A stretch of 33,048 nt of DNA, taken from the NCBI GenBank assembly GCA_010015805.1, contig ML978121.1, forward strand, positions 4,030,001 to 4,063,048, read 5' to 3'. This DNA is from Rhizodiscina lignyota. Its lineage: Eukaryota. The notes under the pieces are model-generated. The model was given only the letters and a program-made list of their open reading frames with translations, was not told the DNA's origin and searched no databases. How positions within the stretch are numbered: the first letter of the stretch is position 1; each line of letters begins with the position of its first letter. Positions 1 to 12,162 of this stretch are shown here, in pieces. Position numbers and translations under genes: made by a program.

Positions 1-850
1 TTGAACATTAGAAATCCAAGTTCATGATCTACTTGAACGACCTTGGATGTTTTCATGATGGAATTCGGAGCTACTTCTAGACTCCGAAGTTTTGCTGCCA
101 TTGTGAGAGCAATATCTGATTTTGTGCAATGTTTAAAGGTCTGGTCTTGAGATTGACTGCATGCCGGCAGTTTTCGGTACCTTTGAAGTGAGTGTAGATA
201 CGATTTTGGTTGCAATTGCAGATAGCATGAAGTGCTCCAGTCGTGCTTCAGATTTTCACGGAGAGAGAAGCGGGAGACGTGTGCCAATTCGCTGAAGATA
301 TGAAACGATTTATATCTTCTGTTCTGATAACACTGAGTTTCACCTCGTGTTATTCTAAATTCAATTTCAATTGGTGCTCGTCCTGCACTTGTGTTGTATG
401 GGCGATGGGAAGATGTTGTCTCCCTCCGCCTATCGCCAATTCGCCTGCAGTATGCAGATCACTGGTCCGGAATACCCATAAGCCAGCAGCCGCAAGACCA
501 ACGGGCATTCCTACATGAGCTGTTCCACACTGCATGAATACCGAGTATGGCCGAATAAGTTGCCGACTGTTACTCCGCTGTTTACCCCCGGTCGAACATT
601 AGTGTCTCGTCTCCCGTACAGGCTCGCATTTTCTTGCCAGTAGAACATACCATTATGATACTCATTGATCGGAGCGATGAGTAATAATGAGGCTTGCGAG
701 AGCTGTTATGGAGTTACTTTAGGCATCTATCATTGTCTATAAGTCGCCATCTTTCCCCATTTCTTTCTTGTCATCATCAGGGTAGGGAATACGGTAATCA
801 CTTCATCTGCCCCATTACATCAACTCCAAAGATACAGCAAACCAATCAAG

Positions 851-1762
851 ATGTCAGCCCACACATACGAGACCGCCCCGATCAGTCGTGTCACCGTTAA
901 CGGCGTCACACACGCATACCGCCTCTTTGGCAAATGGAGCAAAGAGCTCCCTCCTCTGCTGATGATCAACCATTTCCGCAGTAACATGGACCATTGGGAC
1001 CCGCTCATGATCAACCCCCTCGCTACGAGCCGTCAGATCCTCCAGATCGATCCTCCTGGGACGGGACACACAAAGTCTGGCACCGTCCTGACCACCTTCC
1101 AGGACATGGCTGACATGTATGCTAACGTTGCACGCACCATCGGCATTAACCAAGTCGACCTCATCGGCTTCAGCATCGGTTCTATGCAGGCACAGCTGCT
1201 GGCTTTGAATCAGCCTGCTGGCTTCGTGCGACGCCTCATCCTCGCAGGGAGCAGGCCGAGTGGAACACATCCTGGCCTCTCGAATGCAGATGGTTCGATG
1301 CGCAAGGTCTTGCAAAGTGCCGAAGGCTCTGATGCCGAAGCGTGCAAACACGCGTTCTGCCACACATTCTTCCCTCTCACGCCGGAGAAGCAGGCTCGTG
1401 CTGCAGCGAGCTGGGACCGCATGCAGGCAGCACATCCGAACCGACCGCTATATTTGCACGCCGAGGGGACGTCAAACTTGGTCAAGGCGATCGGAAAGTT
1501 CATCAACCCCACTGAGGAGAGAGGCAAGAGCTATGAGAGGCTGGGGCACTTGAAGATTCCAGTGTTGGTGGCGAATGGGAGTAAGGACGAGCTTGTACCA
1601 ACCGAGAACAGCTACATCTTGTTCGAGAAACTGCCAAACGCCAGGTTGGAGCTGTGGCCATTCAGTGGACACGGATTCCTGGACGAGTATGCTGAGAGTT
1701 TTGCGGCTTGTGTCAACCAGTTTCTGGATGAGGACTTGGAAGGACTCAAGGCGAGCTTGTGA
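851..1762 (+). CDS. Alpha/beta-hydrolase fold protein (303 aa, intronless)
   Basis: Nucleophile elbow GFSIG, 'DPPGTG' strand-4 motif, acid in 'GSKDELVP', catalytic His in 'SGHGF'. Confidence 0.9.
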   Translation: MSAHTYETAPISRVTVNGVTHAYRLFGKWSKELPPLLMINHFRSNMDHWDPLMINPLATSRQILQIDPPGTGHTKSGTVLTTFQDMADMYANVARTIGINQVDLIGFSIGSMQAQLLALNQPAGFVRRLILAGSRPSGTHPGLSNADGSMRKVLQSAEGSDAEACKHAFCHTFFPLTPEKQARAAASWDRMQAAHPNRPLYLHAEGTSNLVKAIGKFINPTEERGKSYERLGHLKIPVLVANGSKDELVPTENSYILFEKLPNARLELWPFSGHGFLDEYAESFAACVNQFLDEDLEGLKASL

Positions 1763-1946
1763 GACTGAAGACGGGAAGAGAGTGTAAAATGCGACGAGTT
1801 GCAAAGAGGATGTGACCAAGACATGATTGTGCTCGAAAGGGAATGTTCGTATACGAAGATAAAATGCTCAAAAATCAACCTAGTCTCCGCCAAATCCCAC
1901 GGGGTATTCCATGCCTCTCCGTCCCTCAACGCCAGATATGATCTCA

Positions 1947-2522
1947 CTAAAACCGAGTGTTGATCGCAGGCAGCTCCGCCGCTCCGCCCTTTCCCTCGTG
2001 AGAAAGCTTCTCAATCAGCCCCTGGCAAATGTCTCTTTGCGCGCCTTCAAACGACCTCTTGACTAATGGCATGAGCCATCCCGAACATGAAACAGTCGCC
2101 TGTTCTTCCAGCTCCCAACTCCCTCGCTTTCCCTCCTTCGGCTTGACTGTCCATATACTGGCGACCGTCACCCCCTGCGGCGCATCTGCCCAGCCCTTCG
2201 CACCGCTTGGCGTATTCTGCCACCGTGCCGGGAAGGTTATGTGTGTCTTGCCCCACTCCCCAATGCCGGGCACGATAGTGATCGTCTCGTCTACGTGGTA
2301 GTGCGTGAGTTCGGCGGCGCTGGCGTGTTCGAAATGCTCTTCTTCTTCGCGACCCATGAACGCGCCGGAGAGATCTTCCGCGGGGATCGGACGATAGCCC
2401 GTCACGAGTGGCTGGAGGTCCATAAGGACGGTATGTCCGTGCAATGCTGCGATTACATCGTCCGGGTTGAGGTATTTGGGAATGTCGACGTTGATTGTCA
2501 CGGAGTGGGATGTGCGACTCAT
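1947..2522 (-). CDS. Conserved fungal hypothetical protein, DUF7053-like (START/SRPBCC-like)
   Basis: Open ORF with pattern 'IAALHGH..LMDLQPLV', 'DAPQGV..ASIWTV', 'LEEQATVSCS..LMPLVKRSF' resembling this family. Start is either 2522 (MSRT) or 2537. Confidence 0.65.
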   Translation of the reverse strand: MSRTSHSVTINVDIPKYLNPDDVIAALHGHTVLMDLQPLVTGYRPIPAEDLSGAFMGREEEEHFEHASAAELTHYHVDETITIVPGIGEWGKTHITFPARWQNTPSGAKGWADAPQGVTVASIWTVKPKEGKRGSWELEEQATVSCSGWLMPLVKRSFEGAQRDICQGLIEKLSHEGKGGAAELPAINTRF

Positions 2523-3741
2523 TGCGAGATGGTACAAATGCCAAGCTCTACGTAGTACAAAACGATGAGGAGAACAGGGAACTGCAGCAGTAGAAACGAG
2601 AGACTATTGCGTGTATGGATAAGAGGGAAGGAGTGAGGCACTGCAAAGACAACTGAAATATTGGAGATGACGAGCGCCCAGCGAGATACGAACGGTATCA
2701 CGAGGGGAGGTAAGTAAGAAAATAAACATAAACGGACTCTGTATGGTATATTTGAATGCAAGAAGTCTAGTGAACTTCTAAGACGAGGTAAGCACATCCG
2801 TGTGAGCATTTAGCGTGCGGCGTAGTGGCATCTTGATGATTATCTCCGAGTTATGGTAAAGTGCGCCGTAGTCTTTCTGTGGTGAGCGTTTGCAGAGTAA
2901 TCGACATTACCTAGACATCTACAAACTCCTGTGTTTCCAACAAGGATTCGTTTGTATGATTCCAAACTCCCACTAGCCTTGAGCTTGAGTTTGGCCCTCC
3001 TGTGAAGTTGTCGATATTATAATTCTTCTCTCGTTTACGAACTCACAATGCCACCACGAGGACGTACATCCAAAGCAGTGCCCACGTGCCTGTCCGGCTG
3101 GGAATCTCGCCTGTGTGGCAACTCGCTCATCATTGTTGTCTAGCGGAAAGAAGTTCTTTCCATTTTGTCAGTTGATGTTTCACCGATGGATGCGTTCGCC
3201 CAACCTTGGAGTCCCCTCAAACTTTCAAAATGGAAACATGGAGAGACGCACTTGGATCGCAAAATTTGAGAAGAACGAACACCCGCGCTCCAGGACGATT
3301 CTATTGATGCATTACCCCCTCTACCCGAACATACTGATGAAGATCTGAATGCACAAAAGTTGTGGGGAGCGGCACCACTTGCTAGTGGTGAGCATAGCTT
3401 AGAGCAGAGAGACTCTCAATGAATTGCCTCCAGCTGTGTTCCGATTCTCCGGCCAGCACTCCCATAATCACCTTCGAAGTCTCTTAGCTCATCGTTGGGC
3501 TCAGAACCTGTGGTGGAGGTTGTACTGCTTTTATATTCCTGTCCCAACGACCAAACATGGCAAGTGGCTTCCTAGTCCGACAGCCAGATTGACAGCGCCC
3601 CAACTCTTCTCCGTGTCCTCTTTCGACCAACTTGGGAGCACCGCAGCGATGCCGGAATATGACAAAGATACTTAACGACTTTCCACATATCTTTCCTCGC
3701 CGTCCGGCGGAACATCTTCTCCAAGTCTTGGCTTTCCTTGT

Positions 3742-3750
3742 ATTGGTGGA
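3742..3750 (-). promoter_or_regulatory. Candidate GARE (TCCNCCAAT, GaaR-binding galacturonic-acid-responsive element)
   Basis: ATTGGTGGA on + equals TCCACCAAT on -, ~400 bp upstream of the GH28 ATG. Confidence 0.55.
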
Positions 3751-4147
3751 TTTTCTTCTTTCCACATCAAGAACTCATTTCTCCACCGGATATCCATGCT
3801 CTCCGCACTCTCGGAGCCTTGGCATCTCTCCATATTCTCAGGCATCGTGGAGATTGTCTATTATCTACTCTCTTCATTCGATGACAGAATAGCCGAGTTT
3901 TCAGGATTATGGTGGGTAATTGTTAGTAGCAAGTGCCAAGAGAAGAAGCTCCTTGCAGCATGCTTTTCACGAGGAAGAATCACGCACAGAACTGTGCTTG
4001 GCAGATGACCCTGGAGTCCAATAAAGTCTTCTCGTCTCGGTGTCGCGTTGAGCCCTCGCGAGCGAAAGCCAAGGGAAAGTGCACAGCAATTCGATTTCGT
4101 TCATATAATCCTTCCAGCTCAACTGTTCCTGTCCTAGTCAATCAAAC

Positions 4148-5982
4148 ATGCAATTCTTTTCGTGCACAGTGTTTTTCTTATTTGCCGCTATCAGCAGTGC
4201 TTCTGCTGCTGTCGGTACCAAAGAGCTTGCGGAGCGCGGAACCTTGAACTGGAAGCCATACTGGCATCACAAGCACCATCGCCAGCCAGTGACCATCCGG
4301 TGCTCTAAAAGCGACACTGACGACGTTGCGGACGACTTCCTCCAAGGGATCAAGAAGGCAAATCACGGTGGAGAGCTCTGGCTTAAGAAGGGTGAGACAT
4401 ATGTTATCGGCAAGAAGCTAGATTTGAGTTTTCTTGACGACATTTCGGTCAGGCTGGATGGCGAAATCAAGGTAACTGGCTCCCTTATTCGTCAAGTACG
4501 ATACACTGACTGCTCACTGTAATTCCAGTTTACCGATGATGTCGAATACTGGCAAGCCAACAATTTCTTCTACTCCTTCCAGAACACAATCACCTTCTGG
4601 GTTTGGGGAGGGAAGGACATCAAGATTCACGGCTCTGGCACTTTGAACGGAAATGGTCAGCGGTGGTACAATGAATTTGCGGGAAGTGAGATACTGGTAC
4701 GTTTGAGGAGAGTGTTATCGCGCCATGTTTGTTAACGTTTTTACTTTCCTCGGCGAGGCGCGCGCGAAATGCGAAACTCTACGTGTTGACCCGGTTTGTC
4801 TTCTTCCATTACGCCTGTACGATATGCTGAGATACGCTTGTATCCCCTAATTACTGTCTTCCATCAAGGCCGCACTACATGCGGAGGCGCACCTCCTTGA
4901 CCTATTCACTTTCTTTGATTGAGTTCGTAATGTCTGCGGAGGCAAGCTGCTTGAGTGTATTTTATGGCACGCGCCATTTGTGGAGGGATGCCATTTTATT
5001 CGTCTGGCCTCCTCTCATCAAACTTTTCGTTCTCGCCGTCTCGCCGTCTTCGGAGAGATCATACAACAGTACTTTGACTGTTCTCCGTATGTTTTGCTAA
5101 TCGTGATATTTGAGCAGGATCCGGACAACACGTTCCTCCGACCAGTCCTGTTCTTGACCGATAATGCCACGAACGTCGAGGTCTCTGGAATCCACTTCCT
5201 CAACTCACCCTGCTGGAACAACTTCTTCGTACGGACGAAGAATATCAAGTTCGATGGCGTCCGCTTCGATGCTACGTCCAACAATGCCTCGGTAAGTTTC
5301 TTCATCTCATTTTGAGCTGCTGTCAACTCTTATTCGGAATCAGGCTCTACCGAAGAACACGGACGGTTTTGACTCGTATAATGTCGATGGTCTGACCGTT
5401 CTCAACACTGAAGTCAATGTTGGCGATGACTGTTTCTCGCCGAAACCAAACACGACTAACATCCACGTCGAGAATCTCTGGTGTAATGGAACGCATGGCG
5501 TGTCAATGGGCAGCATTGGCCAATATCCCGGCGTACTGGATTACATCTCGAATGCGTACATCAAGAACGTGACGCTCCTAAACGGCCAGAATGGTGCACG
5601 ACTGAAAGCTTGGGCGGGTCCCAACGTCGGCTATGGCTACATCTCCAACATTACGTACGAAGACATCCACATCGAGAACACGGATAACCCAATTGTGCTC
5701 GATCAGTGCTACTTCGACTTGAACGCGACGACCTGTGCGGCAAACCCTAGCAAGGTCAACATCACGGACATCAACTTCATCAATGTTAATGGCACCAGCT
5801 CTGGCGCGGAGGGTAAGGTTGTTGTAGATTTGACTTGCAGTCCTGGTGCAACGTGCGAAGGCATCCATCTGGAGAATATTGATCTGACAAGTCCTGCTGG
5901 ATCACCTCCTGAGATTGTCTGCTCCAACATCAATGGCGATATTGGAGTTCGTTGCACAAATGGGACAGACTCGCCACCGTGA
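4148..5982 (+). CDS. pgxB: Secreted GH28 exo-polygalacturonase (PgxB-like); exons 4148-4471, 4529-4696, 5118-5291, 5344-5982
   Basis: Signal peptide. Spliced product carries the GH28 motifs NTDG, GDD, GTHG and RLK. All three introns are GT-AG and preserve frame. Confidence 0.9.
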
Positions 5983-6321
5983 ATAATATGTGTGCTCTCA
6001 GCGACGTCAGGCAACGGATACGTTTCAGACCATCACAGAACTCAGTATCAAGGCATACTGCAATCCAAAAAATGAGTATTCAACTTGAAGAGGACAATGA
6101 GAGAAGACTTTGACTGTTGACAACCCCAAATACGCGCATGTACTCCGTACAGATTGAGCAGTATACGGCCAAATTCCCCGAAAAACATTTGCCATGCCGC
6201 CCTAAAGTTATTTAAAAATTGCAAAGAGTGTTCCTGATATGTAAAAGATCTTCAGACCTGCCTTATCAATGTTCTTCCAGTAAGGATGAGTCGCTGCGTG
6301 GCTGTGCATCATTTTCGGTTC

Positions 6322-7085
6322 CTATGGAAAGCGCCGGGGCAAGGTCTCAACCTTCGAGCAACGACATTGCAATCTCATGCTCTCCCTCCAACATTCCACC
6401 TCACGCACAAGCTCCTCGGTTTCATCAAGCTGTGCTAAGCTCATTTCTCTGCTTGCAGCTGCTTCCACGAGCTTCCGGCGCAGGCTATCCGCTTCGAACC
6501 CTGGTGACCTTTCACACGCTGAGTTGACGACGATCTCCACTATGACGATCTTCACTACGAGCCTTGACTCTTGAGAATAGCGTCCAAGGCGGTGCATGAA
6601 TCTAATCGCCGCTAATTCTCCATCGAAATTCGACGAAACTGCATTCATGCGCACTTTTGGACGCGGATCCACATGCGAATCTTGTTCATGTTCGAGCGCA
6701 TCGTCATCACCGCAACCCTCCCATCAAATTGCCGTGGCGAACCGATGCGCAGATCGCTCAAATCAATAAAGTCTACGCGGATTCTAGCACGTTTCCAGCC
6801 CTGCCGCCGTTTGAGAATGGCGCCCACTGTTTCCTTGGACGGAGCCCCTGCGTTCGCCTGTCAGTGAAGAGATCGACATGACGAAAACGTGGAATAACCT
6901 TGTCGAAAAGCCACGACAACCCTAATGTTCACCACCTGGTTCCTGCCGGACGAGCCGCCTCTTTAGCTTTCAACGTCCTTGTTCATGACCAGTTGTGTTC
7001 TTCAATTTCCCGTCTCGGTCACTCTTGTCCATTCACTGGCTACTGTCTCGAGTATATCGGCTGAAATGACTCCCTGGACTGCCAT
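6322..7085 (-). pseudogene. Possible degenerate gene remnant, unknown product
   Basis: Protein-like segments in alternating minus frames (e.g. 6645-6827 and 6322-6672) separated by stops and frameshifts. No family recognised. Confidence 0.2.
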
Positions 7086-7699
7086 CCCAGTAATATTATG
7101 CTGCCTTATAATGCTACTCTGCCACCTTAATCGGTTGCTCTTGCCTATTTCACGGTCATACCCCAGCTTTCACCTTTCTATTCCAGTACCCCTTGGGACA
7201 GTGGAAACATTCGCCACAGGATTGACCTCACTTTCAGGAACCATCGTCGTTGCTGGTGGAGCAGCTCAGGGAGATTGCTCGTCATGCTCTCACTTTTGGC
7301 CTGGACCAAGAACAAGCTTGGCCGAAGAATTCTGGCCTCTTCCACCTATCACCGGGCTCATCGAGAAAATGCTTTGTCCACCGTCGTTCAATTCCGTCGA
7401 ATCTCATGGAGATCATCTCAAAAGACTCAAATGCGCTGTGTCAAAGCCACCACGCGTCAGTTGAAAGCATGGTTTGACGTCAAGTCGATCGTCCGCACAG
7501 TCGTAAGCTTAGACAAGACGCAGAACTGACCGAGAAAGTCTCATCAGAGGTGAAGTATAAAGCAGAAGAGTTTGCCAGTCCATTTCTCTTGTCATCAGTA
7601 AAAACTACTATCACTCAGAACATTCAATCGTTCCACTCTTTCGCTCCTCCAACAATCGATATTTTGAAATACCTGTAATCACACACATCTACCATCACC

Positions 7700-8107
7700 A
7701 TGCAGTTCTCCACCAAGCTCGCTGCCGTCCTGGCCGCCGCATCTTTCGTCCTGGCAGCGCCACATGAGAGACGCCAGGCTGCCACTGTCTGCAGCGGATC
7801 TAACACCCCTCAATGCTGCGCCGTCGATGTCCTCGGTCTTGCGGACCTTCAATGCGCTAATCGTACGCATATGCCCCACTTCAAGGTGTCAAACGTGAAG
7901 TTCTCCGTTAACTTGTCTATTCCTGTAGCTCCCACGACACCAACAAACCAGACTCAATTTATCGCGGAGTGTGCTACTATCGGCCAGGAGGCTCGCTGCT
8001 GCTTGCTCCCAATTGTATGTTATTCTCAATCACACCCCGGCAATTGACAGAAGCTGACAATACCACGACAGCTCGAGCAAGGCCTCATCTGCTCCGACCC
8101 ACTATAA
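7700..8107 (+). CDS. Class II hydrophobin; exons 7700-7862, 7929-8014, 8072-8107
   Basis: Signal peptide. After splicing there are 8 Cys with spacing C-X7-CC-X11-C-X16-C-X8-CC-X10-C. TATAAA near 7557. Confidence 0.93.
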
Positions 8108-8786
8108 AGGTCTTCACCTTTTTTCTACGTAGCTCTTGATACTTCTGTCTGAGCTGCTGAGTTCCCACTGTGATGTGAGGAGCTTGTGACGGAGAATGAG
8201 ATACCTGTGCTGCTGTCGATTCTGGATTAATAACCGATTCGCCTGTAAATTGTACATTAGTATCCAAACTGCATAGTGCAATTTATGCTGTAATCAATAC
8301 TGTCACTGTCAATTTGTGAAATGCTTGTCGTCTCAATAAACATCATATACTTGAGCGCAGGGATATTGATCGCTTCTACCGTCTGACAGGTACAGATCGA
8401 TCAAACGATATCTTGTCAAATTGCGACATCACGCCTATCGAATCTAGAACCGTGCACTTGTCTTTACCAATTTGCGACCGCGGTCTATCGGATCCAGATG
8501 TGCATATCACCATCACACCCTTGCCATGATGTTTTCCGAATGCCCAACATCCCCTTCATCCAACATATAATTTGATCTGAAGCTCCTTATCTCGTCAGTG
8601 AATCTCGCTGAGAACAGCAGCTAGATGTTTCTCGGTGAAGAGAAATTCATTGCGATGAATTGAATCGGACGTCTAGTGGAAGTTCTCTATCAAAATATTC
8701 GAAGTTCATATTTATCACCACTTGAACTTGCTTTAGCTATTCGAGATGGAGACTATGACAGCAGATGCTCCGTGTACATCCAAGCT

Positions 8787-9871
8787 TCAATGCCAATACT
8801 TCCAGCTCAAGCCTCTAACCTTCTCCCATGCCTGGTCAAAGGCACTTAGCACATCATCCGGCAGTGGGCTTTTCTCCAAATCCACCAAATTCTGCTCTAG
8901 CTGCTTACCACTGCTGGCACCGATAATGACCGCATCGCCATTTCCCTTCTTCAGCAAGCTGTGATGCGTCATCCACCTGAGCGCACACTCTGCTTCGGTC
9001 AAGCCGTGCTTCTTTGCCGCCTCGCGAATAAGGTCCAGTCCGTCGAAATACGCGTCATTCCAGTATCTCGCACGGTACCCTTTGCCCTGCCAACGACTTG
9101 CGTCGAATCTGCTACCTGGCTCCACTTCGGTAACATCACGGTGATACCGGTCGGTCAGAAACCCACCAGCAAGGGGGTTGTACGCGTAGAATGCCATGCC
9201 ATATTTCCTCAAGCACGGAAACAGCTCCTGCTCGACGGTTCGATGGATGCCGTTGTAAATGCCCTGATACACCACCGGCTTGACCCATCCATTGTGCTCG
9301 CACAGCTCGCAGATCTGCGCCACCTCCCACGCCATATAATTGCTGATCCCGAAACGTCGGAATTTGCCCTCGCGGTACAGCTCGTCGGCCGCCTTCAACG
9401 TGGTCTCGACAGGCGTCGTGCGGTCAGGCGCGTGCAGGTACCACATGTCCACTTTGTCCGTGCCTAACGCTTTCAAGCTGCGCTCCAGGTTCTCGCGCAT
9501 ATCGGCCGCCGTGAAGTGGAATTTCTCGATGTTCGGGATGTTTGCGATCCCGGTGGGGTACATCTTCGTTTCCATGGCCAGGCCGCGACCAACCCAGTTG
9601 CATTGTGCGAGGTATGATTCGCACGAACCGCCGCCATAGACGCGTGACGTGTCGATTTCGGTGTGTCCGTGGGAGGTGAAGATGTCGAGGATGTTCTTGG
9701 CTTCGGAGAGGGAGTGCACGCGAGCTTGTTCGGCGCCTGGGTGGATGGTTAGCTGGCGGACTCTCAGAAATTAGAGGAAGAGGTTCTTAAAAGAGGAATT
9801 CATGTACCTTCTTTGCCAATGGTCATTGCACCGAAGACGATTGGGACGTTGGACTTTGGTTCTGGAGCCAT
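8787..9871 (-). CDS. Aldo-keto reductase, AKR7/aflatoxin-B1-aldehyde-reductase-like; exons 9871-9808, 9736-8787
   Basis: 'VFGAMTIG', 'IDTSRVYGGG', 'YLHAPD', 'GISNY', 'VYQGIYN', 'AYNPLAGG', C-terminal 'YWH'. Confidence 0.92.
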
Positions 9872-10547
9872 ATTGATCGCGACTGTGCGTGGTTTGTTCG
9901 ATTCTGCGTCTTTCAAGGAGGTTTATGTCGATGGAGCAGATTCTCATCTTCTCGATCTGTATTTATACCCATTGCGGCAGATATGGCTTCAAGTCTGAAG
10001 ATAGCCTCAAGTCAAGTCGTTTACTGTTAACGGTATGCATTCCGTGAAGCAGAGTCGCCGGATTTAACGACGCTCTCCGGAGATTGGTGTATGTTGCTCC
10101 GTCCGGGAGACTGCGTTTCTAACCGCAATTGGACGTCTTGCACATCAGGTTTGTTAAGGAGCAGATACCTCGCTCACAGAGAACTTCGTAGCGCGGTCCA
10201 ATTGGTCTTATCCATCACCCCCGGGAGAATATGAACTTCGGAGGAGAAGAGATTTAGATGGGTCTTTCCCGTTGACCATCCAAAAGAAGCAAACGAGCTC
10301 ATCGCTGATATGCCATCAAAAGATGGATATCCCGGAGCCTTTCACGAACTTCACGAATCGGAGAATTCTGTTGGTTGCGGATTCGCAGTCCGCTGCGTTC
10401 AGCATGACGTCGTGCAGCTCGCAGAAGCCCATCCTGGCACAAATGGACCTTCAACTGATCAACGTCTTCCTAATTCGAGGCAGCAAAACATTCGACTGGA
10501 TCGCTGCTTTGAAACTATCACGGACTTGAGGATTCTGAGTCGCCACT

Positions 10548-11557
10548 ATGTCCGACAAGGTCGAGGAGATTGTGCGGGAGGATGCACAGCGCATCAAGGT
10601 GATTGCGCAAGATGCAGTGCGCAGTGGAGCGTACCTGTATCCTATCAAGGTTTGAACGCCTCACGGCTCGTTTACCTGTTCTGCCACTGACGGTATTCAT
10701 GACATAGGGTCTCTTCTACTATCTCTCACACCGTAGCTTGTGGAAGCCGTTCCTCTCGAAACTCACCCCTACCCTCACCACGGGAGTTGGCGTTACTGCC
10801 TTCATGTTCCTCGTCACATACATCCCACAAGCAGCTATTCTGGCGATTTTCAATGGACCGCTTGCAGCGTTGTCGACGATTCTTCTTGTTCTTAGTGAGA
10901 GCTCAACCATATCGAATCTGATCAGCAGGACATTCTTCCTTGAGGATGCGCTCGTTGACACTTTCGACGGAGTAAGCTTTCATACAAGCATATCAGAGGA
11001 TATCAAAGGAGCAATGTGCTGATACAACTCTCGCCAGACTCTCCTCTCTCGCAATATGACTGGCATCGTGTCCGAAGGCCGACAACTCAACTCGAGCGGC
11101 GATCCCATCTCTAAACTCGGCAAAGCGTTCAAGAAGCCGTTCGAGCGATTTACCCCAAAAGCCATCCTCCGCTACTTTATGTACATGCCGCTCAACTTCA
11201 TTCCAGTCGTTGGCACGGTGTTGTTCATCCTCCTGCAGGGAAAGAAGTTTGGACCGAATGCGCATGCAAGATACTTTCAGTTGAAGGGTATGAAGGCACG
11301 CGAGAGGGAGCAATTTGTGGAGCAACGACGCGGAGCTTATACAGGGTATGAGAGAAAGGTGTCATGACGTAGTTTTCGAATGTACTGACAATAATGGCAG
11401 ATTTGGTGTTGCAGCAGTATTGTTCGAGCTCATTCCTGTTGCTGGCATATTCTTCGCCTTCACAAATACGGTGGGAGCAGCTTTGTGGGCGGCAGATCTG
11501 GAGCAAAGGAACACTACCGCTCCTGGTTTGAGAGAGCAAGCCAAAAAGGCAGAGTGA
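10548..11557 (+). CDS. EI24-domain membrane protein (Lds1/Lds2/Rrt8-like); exons 10548-10649, 10708-10971, 11038-11345, 11401-11557
   Basis: 'GAYLYPIKG', 'PLNFIPVVG', 'HARYFQLKG', 'FTNTVGAALWAAD' and multiple hydrophobic segments. Introns splice in frame. Confidence 0.85.
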
Positions 11558-12162
11558 ATTCGTTTTGGCGAAAGTTGACGATTGAACGGCACCGTTTGAA
11601 GGAAGCCGAGGGGGGCCAGGGCTGAGGAGGGCTTTACGAAGTTGGATGAGATCAAGATGCCCACCAACGGGACCAATGTTCAGCGGTTCTGATTAGCGTT
11701 GCGGATGTCCTCGGAGTGCGCTTCTTCGTGCTCCGCCGACTATGAATTTTCGAAGGCAATATTCTCATGCCACGATTCAAACGAGTGCCTGGAAATGGCC
11801 TATCACTATTTCCTGATTAAGATATTGGTGTCGTGGGTGGTTGGGGCAGCTGGAGGTGACATGAAACGCGCGACTTCCACGCGCAGCATCTCATTTCATT
11901 TCCCTCGAACGCGCCTGCCACGGGCACCAAATTACGCGCATCTGGACTCGACGGCAGGAGATTGCCCCTCTTGTTTATCGGCTCTCGCGTCATTGCATTT
12001 TCCTGCTTCTCTTCTTTTCTCCCTCTTCCTCTCACTCACTCCCTTCGAGTTGGCAACCACGCTCATTCAAAGACTCAGTCATCATCCTCAAGGCTCTCTG
12101 AAGCAAGTCACTCCCTTCTCACTGTTCGATTCCCCTGCGGGCCAAAACTGGTGTCTTTGACG

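Noticed and set aside
4825..4860. CTGAGA plus hairpin in the long intron, resembling a fungal TPP riboswitch
   Set aside because: The downstream AACYTGA..TAAT..GCG core is absent and the host gene is unrelated to thiamine.
6979..7464. 161-aa + strand ORF
   Set aside because: Non-ATG track start, no recognisable motifs, and located in the hydrophobin upstream region.
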